Shown: positions 59,170 through 64,000 of the stretch, piece by piece
Numbering within the stretch: the stretch's first letter is position 1
Layout of the letters: each line of letters opens with the position of its first letter
Assembly: GCA_038134805.1 (NCBI GenBank)
Contig: JAYPVV010000001.1
Location: 123,438-187,437, forward strand
DNA length: 64,000 nt
Reading direction: 5' to 3'
Source of the DNA: Marinoscillum sp.
GTDB lineage: Bacteria > Bacteroidota > Bacteroidia > Cytophagales > MED-G16
Translations under genes and position numbers: made by a program
The notes under the pieces: model-generated
Told to the model about the DNA's origin: nothing
The model's input: only the letters and a program-made list of their open reading frames with translations
Database searches by the model: none

Positions 59170-60085
59170 TGTTTTTTTTCTTTTAATTTTTAATGTCTCT
59201 TTCTCTCAAGAATATAAAATATCTACTCTAACTTTAAACAGTTCAGACATAATACTCGAAGAGATCTCTGGGATTGGTATTAACTCTGATGATGATATAA
59301 TCATATTTCATAGGGGTAATAATGCATTGATTAAAGTTGATAAAGATGGAAATATTTTAAAGGTGTTTAATGATGATGTTTTTTCTAATTCACACGGGCT
59401 TAAGATTGATAGATACGACAATATATGGACTACTGATTTAAATACTCACTTAGTCCTAAAGCTAGATAAAATTGGAAATATAAAAATGGTTCTTGGAAAA
59501 AATTATACTCCTGGCACTTGGTTAGTTGATTCCTTACAAAGTAATGGGTTTTCAGATTGGAAATCAATGCCACTATTTAATAAACCAGCAGATATTTCAT
59601 TTGATAGCGATGATAATATTTATGTTGCCGATGGATACGGAAATAATAGAATAGTAAAATTTAATTCTGAAGGTAAGTTTATATTAGAGTGGGGCACAAA
59701 AGGAAATAATAAGGGAGAATTTAATTTGCCTCATGGAATAACTATTGATAATAATGACATAATTTATGTTGCTGACAGAGAAAATGCCAGAATACAACTT
59801 TTTGATACAAATGGTAATTTTATTAGATATTGGGAAAATGTTGGATATCCATACGGTATCAAATATTTTAATGGTTTTATATATATTTCAGATGCAAGAA
59901 ATGAAAAAATAAAGAAAATTAATTTAAAAGGTGAGATACTTTGGGAGGTTGGCTCACCTGGTAAAAGTGAGGGTCAATTTGGATGGGCTCATGGATTGGA
60001 TATTGATAGTGATGGTAATATATATGTGTCTGAAATATTAAACTGGAGAATTCAAAAAATTAAAATAAATAATGAGATTAATTAA
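59156..60085 (+). CDS. NHL-repeat six-bladed beta-propeller protein (peptidyl-alpha-hydroxyglycine lyase-like), secreted
   Basis: Signal peptide ending SFSQ. Repeats NKPADISFDSDDNIYVADGYGNNRIVKF and NLPHGITIDNNDIIYVADRENARIQLF. Confidence 0.8.
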   Translation: MKLSNVFFLLIFNVSFSQEYKISTLTLNSSDIILEEISGIGINSDDDIIIFHRGNNALIKVDKDGNILKVFNDDVFSNSHGLKIDRYDNIWTTDLNTHLVLKLDKIGNIKMVLGKNYTPGTWLVDSLQSNGFSDWKSMPLFNKPADISFDSDDNIYVADGYGNNRIVKFNSEGKFILEWGTKGNNKGEFNLPHGITIDNNDIIYVADRENARIQLFDTNGNFIRYWENVGYPYGIKYFNGFIYISDARNEKIKKINLKGEILWEVGSPGKSEGQFGWAHGLDIDSDGNIYVSEILNWRIQKIKINNEIN

Positions 60086-60305
60086 TAAAATATTTTTTGA
60101 TGAAATAATCGTTTCTGTTTTTGATTTTGATTTAAAATATGTCATAAAATTTGAAAAAAAAGATCTAGAGCAAACATTTAAAGTTGACAAATTAGAATTC
60201 AAAACTTCTGAAGAAGTTTATGAAATAATAAATAATGAATTATTGGATTCAATTAAAAATAGATTTTCTGATATGTCTTCAGATTTAAAAAAAATCTATT
60301 CTTAA
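60072..60305 (+). CDS. hypothetical small protein
   Basis: 77-aa ORF overlapping the NHL gene end by 14 nt; no motif recognised. Confidence 0.35.
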   Translation: MRLINKIFFDEIIVSVFDFDLKYVIKFEKKDLEQTFKVDKLEFKTSEEVYEIINNELLDSIKNRFSDMSSDLKKIYS

Positions 60306-60335
60306 ACATTTAATTGTATTGATCGTTATGCAATT

Positions 60336-60680
60336 ATGAGAGTCATAATTTTATTACTTTTATTAATTAATTTTTCATGTTCAGATATTGATGATAGTTT
60401 GTCTAAATCTAAAATAGAGAGAGTATCTTATTATGTCCAATTTTTAAAAGATGGTTCTGGAGTAATAACTGACAGACATAGTTGTTTAGGAGTTAGTGAA
60501 TTAAGAAATTGCGAGTATTTATCTGGATTTCATCTTGAGAAATCCTTCATACAGGTATTTGCTGTACCAAAACTAGGAAATAAGTTTATTGGGTGGGCAG
60601 GAGACTATGATACCGATGAAAATCCTTTGACAATATTTGTAAATTCTGATAAAAAAATAATAGCTAAATTTTCTCATTAA
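60336..60680 (+). CDS. hypothetical lipoprotein (C-terminal segment resembles a divergent InlB B-repeat)
   Basis: Lipobox LINFSC. FAVPKLGNKFIGWAGDYDTDENPLTIFVNSDKKIIAKF resembles the G..F.GW.GD repeat pattern. Confidence 0.45.
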   Translation: MRVIILLLLLINFSCSDIDDSLSKSKIERVSYYVQFLKDGSGVITDRHSCLGVSELRNCEYLSGFHLEKSFIQVFAVPKLGNKFIGWAGDYDTDENPLTIFVNSDKKIIAKFSH

Positions 60681-60705
60681 TTATTTTTCTTTAAATTGAT
60701 TTATT

Positions 60706-61479
60706 GTGAGAATAATATTTTCTTTATTATTATTTGTCAATTCATTTGTTTTCTCTCAGGAGAGAAATTTAAGCTATTTTAATGAATTTAATTTTCAATA
60801 TGATGAAAGAAACCTTCCTTATAGGCTTTTAATGCCGTTCAGAGATAATGATAAAAAAAAACCTTTAATAGTTTTTTTACATGGGAGTGGTGAGAGAGGA
60901 AATGATAATTCTCTACAATTAATTCATGGATCAGATTTTTTTTTAAAAGTTACTGAGAAAAAGAAATTTAATAGTTATGTTTTGTTTCCTCAGTGTGATA
61001 AAAATTTCAGGTGGTCTTCTCACACTCAAGATCCTTGGAAAATTACTGAAAATGATATATCTAATACTTTATCAGTCTATGGAGAATTAGTTATCAACCT
61101 CATTAAACAATTAATTGAAAATTATAATATTGACCCATATAGAGTTTATATATCCGGGCTTTCTATGGGTGGTTATGGAACATTTGATCTTACTTCTAAA
61201 AGACCAGATATGTTTGCTGCTGCTATTCCAATATGTGGAGGTTCAAACTTATCTATTTTGAAAAATGCTGTAAGTGTTCCGCATTGGATATTTCATGGTG
61301 AGCTCGATAGGGTAGTTTCTGTAAAAGAGTCAAGAGATGCATTTAATTTGTTAAAAACTCATAATAATTATCATAAATACACAGAATTTAAGAATACATA
61401 TCATAATTCTTGGGAAAAAGTATTTGAGAGTGAAGAATTTATGAAATGGATGTTTTCTAAGACTAAAAGAAAGTTTTAA
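60706..61479 (+). CDS. alpha/beta hydrolase (phospholipase/carboxylesterase-type), secreted
   Basis: GTG start, signal peptide ending VFSQ, oxyanion FLHGSGERGNDN, nucleophile elbow GLSMGGYG, late HG..D..V and YHN (His). Confidence 0.8.
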   Translation: MRIIFSLLLFVNSFVFSQERNLSYFNEFNFQYDERNLPYRLLMPFRDNDKKKPLIVFLHGSGERGNDNSLQLIHGSDFFLKVTEKKKFNSYVLFPQCDKNFRWSSHTQDPWKITENDISNTLSVYGELVINLIKQLIENYNIDPYRVYISGLSMGGYGTFDLTSKRPDMFAAAIPICGGSNLSILKNAVSVPHWIFHGELDRVVSVKESRDAFNLLKTHNNYHKYTEFKNTYHNSWEKVFESEEFMKWMFSKTKRKF

Positions 61480-61497
61480 TTATATTTTTTTATTTCT

Positions 61498-64000
61498 GTG
61501 GATCATAAGACTTTTAAAATTTATAAATCATCTGCAGGCTCTGGGAAAACATATACTCTTTCCAAAAATTATATAAGATTAGCACTTAAAAATAAAAATT
61601 ATTTTAAAAAAATTCTTGCAGTTACTTTTACAAATAAAGCTGCTGAGGAGATGAAATCAAGAATTCTTGATCTTATTCATCAGATTTCAATAGGAAAAGA
61701 AATAAAATTAATAAAAGAATTTTCTGACTATTATAAAGTCTCGCAAGATGAAATAATAAATAGATCTAAAAATTTAAAATCTAATATTCTTCATAATTAT
61801 TCATATTTTTCTATAACGACTATAGATGCATTTTTTTATTCCATTGTTCAATCTTTTACTAGAGATCTAAAGTTTCGTGGTAATTTCAATATTGATATTG
61901 ATATAGAATTAGTGATTAATGATATTGTAGATAGTTTATTATCAAAAATTAAAAAAGGTTCAGAGCTTTCTAATTGGTTAATTGATTTTTCTAAAGAAAA
62001 AATTAATCAAGGAAAGGACTTTCTTATAAAGGAAGAGCTAAAAAAAATGTCTAAAAATCTTTTTAGTGAAGATTATAAAAGTCTAGAAAGCAAAATACCT
62101 CTAGATAATCATTTAAATATCATAAAAGATTTAAGGGATGAAACAAGTTACATCATTAATTCATTTGAAAAAAAAATATTAAAAGATTCTGAATCAATTT
62201 ATAATTTAATTATAAATAATAATTTTTCAGTTTCTGATTTCAAATATGGAAACAATGGAATAGCTGGATTTTTAAAATCAAATTCATCTGGAAATTTAAA
62301 ATATCCTACAAAAAGAATAATTGAGTGTATTGATACACCAGAAAATTGGATTAGTAAGGGTAAAAAAGATAATATCATAATATCATTCATATCTAATAAT
62401 TTAAATGAAAGATTAAAAAATCTTATAGCATTTTTCGAGAGTGAATATCCAAAATATAATACCTCTCTATTGATAAGAAATAACATTTACTCATATGCTA
62501 TTTTAAGAGAACTTGAGAAGGAGGTTAGAGAATATAGAGATACTAATGAGGTTATTTTAATATCTGATATTGCTGAATTATTATTTCAAATTATAAAAGA
62601 CGATAGTATACCATTTGTTTTTGAAAAAGTTGGCAATACGTATAATAATTTCTTAATTGATGAGTTTCAAGATACTAGTAGTTTTCAATGGAAAAATTTC
62701 AGACAGATTATTGATGAGTCACTATCTTCAGGAAATGAAAATATTATAGTTGGTGATATAAAACAAAGTATTTATAGATGGAGGGGTTCAGATTCTAATA
62801 TAATGGATAAAAATATTTATAATGAAATTCAAAGAGAATTTTCAGATACTATTCCCTTAAATAAAAACTGGAGAAGTGGAAGTCAAATCGTGAATTTTAA
62901 CAATTATGTTTTTACTAATATTTCTAAATTTTTAGATAATACTATTATAAATAAGCATATAAATAAAATTTATAATAGTAAAAATGTTCCTCAAATTAGT
63001 AGAGATGACATGAAAAATAAAGGATACGTAGAAATTCAATTTAATGAGAAAAATGAGAATAAACTTCAAGCACAAACATTCACAATAAATTCAATAAAAA
63101 AAATTCAAGATTTTGGTTATAGTGCAGGAGATATTGGGATATTAGTAAGAGATAATAATGATGCTAAAATTATAGCGGAATGTTTAATAAAAGAATCTGA
63201 CTCTTCAGATAAATACAATTTTAACCATGTTTCTGCAGAAGCCTTAGATATTAATTCATCTCCAATTGTTATATTTTTAATAAGTACTATAAATTATCTT
63301 TCTCATAAAAAAGATAGACTTTCCTTATCTGAGATAGTTAATTTTTATTCTAAATATATTTTATCATCAAAGGATAACTCTCATTTTTTGTTATCAAATG
63401 AAGAAAAATTAAATCTTCTTCCTAAAGATTTTAGTGAAAAACAATATAGCTTATCTAGACTGCCCCTTTATGATTTAATTGAAGAAATTATTAGAATTTT
63501 TGACTTAAATAAATTAAAAAGTCAAGCTCCATATTTACAGGCATTTATGGATTTAGTTCTAGAATATAAAATGATTCGTAAAGGCAACAAAACATTATTT
63601 TTAGATTGGTTCGAAAAAAATAGTAAAAAATTAAATATGACTTCTGAGACTGATTCAATTCAACTCATTACAATTCATAAATCAAAGGGTTTACAATTTA
63701 ATTTTGTAATAATTCCTTTTTTTGATTGGCCTCTTGACAGTAGTTCTATAAGTGGTAAAACAAAGACTTTATGGGTGAATTTAAAAGATTTTAATAAAAA
63801 ATATGACATGCCATATCCAATTAATTATAGCTCAAATGACACGTTAACTATATTTAATAGCTCAAATGACAGGGAGAAAAAAAAAGCTTATGAGGATAGT
63901 ATTAATTTGATGTATGTTTCTTTTACTAGACCAAAATTAGGTTTATTTATTAATGGTGAAGTATATAAAGATAAAGTAAAAAATGTTTCTCATTTACTCT
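61498..64000 (+). CDS. UvrD/AddA-like superfamily-1 DNA helicase (3' end outside the window; absent from the ORF track)
   Basis: The GTG at 61498 opens a frame I translated without stops for roughly the first 1.2 kb, through DEFQDTS, and the later WRSGSQIV motif lies in the same frame; continuity to base 64000 is inferred from the track listing no plus-strand ORF here. Motifs: VDHKTFKIYKSSAGSGKTYTL (Walker A), VTFTNKAAEEM, LIDEFQDTS (motif II, 62653..), NWRSGSQIVNF (motif IV), TIHKSKGLQF. Confidence 0.85.
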   Translation, partial: MDHKTFKIYKSSAGSGKTYTLSKNYIRLALKNKNYFKKILAVTFTNKAAEEMKSRILDLIHQISIGKEIKLIKEFSDYYKVSQDEIINRSKNLKSNILHNYSYFSITTIDAFFYSIVQSFTRDLKFRGNFNIDIDIELVINDIVDSLLSKIKKGSELSNWLIDFSKEKINQGKDFLIKEELKKMSKNLFSEDYKSLESKIPLDNHLNIIKDLRDETSYIINSFEKKILKDSESIYNLIINNNFSVSDFKYGNNGIAGFLKSNSSGNLKYPTKRIIECIDTPENWISKGKKDNIIISFISNNLNERLKNLIAFFESEYPKYNTSLLIRNNIYSYAILRELEKEVREYRDTNEVILISDIAELLFQIIKDDSIPFVFEKVGNTYNNFLIDEFQDTSSFQWKNFRQIIDESLSSGNENIIVGDIKQSIYRWRGSDSNIMDKNIYNEIQREFSDTIPLNKNWRSGSQIVNFNNYVFTNISKFLDNTIINKHINKIYNSKNVPQISRDDMKNKGYVEIQFNEKNENKLQAQTFTINSIKKIQDFGYSAGDIGILVRDNNDAKIIAECLIKESDSSDKYNFNHVSAEALDINSSPIVIFLISTINYLSHKKDRLSLSEIVNFYSKYILSSKDNSHFLLSNEEKLNLLPKDFSEKQYSLSRLPLYDLIEEIIRIFDLNKLKSQAPYLQAFMDLVLEYKMIRKGNKTLFLDWFEKNSKKLNMTSETDSIQLITIHKSKGLQFNFVIIPFFDWPLDSSSISGKTKTLWVNLKDFNKKYDMPYPINYSSNDTLTIFNSSNDREKKKAYEDSINLMYVSFTRPKLGLFINGEVYKDKVKNVSHLL

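Noticed and set aside
1-64000. CRISPR arrays, IS elements, transposases, integrases, phage genes, and known defence systems
   Set aside because: A scan of all intergenic gaps and all ORF products found none. Gaps are mostly under 100 nt, no spaced direct repeats were seen, and no product has DDE, tyrosine-recombinase or serine-recombinase motifs.

Overview
This is a visibly AT-rich, very gene-dense 64 kb window. It reads as core chromosome of a streamlined Bacteroidota (Flavobacteriia-like) genome. That placement is inferred from a T9SS type-B C-terminal sorting domain, stand-alone HsdR_N and MORN/YwqK-type proteins, Na+-NQR, many lipoprotein or 'SQ' signal peptides, and recurring TAnnTTTG -7 promoter boxes.

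I can support about 70 CDS, 2 tRNAs (Ser-GGA, Lys-UUU) and one RNase P RNA (rnpB, minus strand). The ORF track partly mis-reads rnpB as an N-terminal extension of tsaD.

Main gene groups:
- pdxA-yceD-rpmF-fabH-efp-accB-accC (minus strand)
- rsmA-mgtE, then greA-HIT
- exbB-(3-TM protein)-exbD-exbD
- ald, and a fused 2-oxoacid dehydrogenase E1 alpha/beta
- mscS-msrB-crcB-aldh
- two sortilin/BNR paralogs flanking tRNA-Lys and rsmE
- E2 acyltransferase-hslV
- nqrABCDE without nqrF
- a 5'-partial-free, 3'-truncated UvrD/AddA-like helicase (61498 to the window end) that is missing from the ORF track

I found no CRISPR array, transposase, integrase, prophage or recognisable defence island, and no convincing novel multi-gene system.

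Observations most worth a second look:
1. An SRAP/YedK-like protein in which all catalytic residues appear substituted.
2. A near-palindromic back-to-back promoter between rnpB and tsaD, next to an untracked 40-aa lipoprotein ORF.
3. An extra translationally coupled membrane protein inside the ExbBD operon.
4. hslV coupled to an E2 gene with no hslU nearby.
5. An nqr operon that ends at nqrE and runs into a packed string of uncharacterised genes.
6. Pervasive overlap of convergent gene ends.

All functional calls rest on motif recognition by eye and should be confirmed by HMM or BLAST searches.
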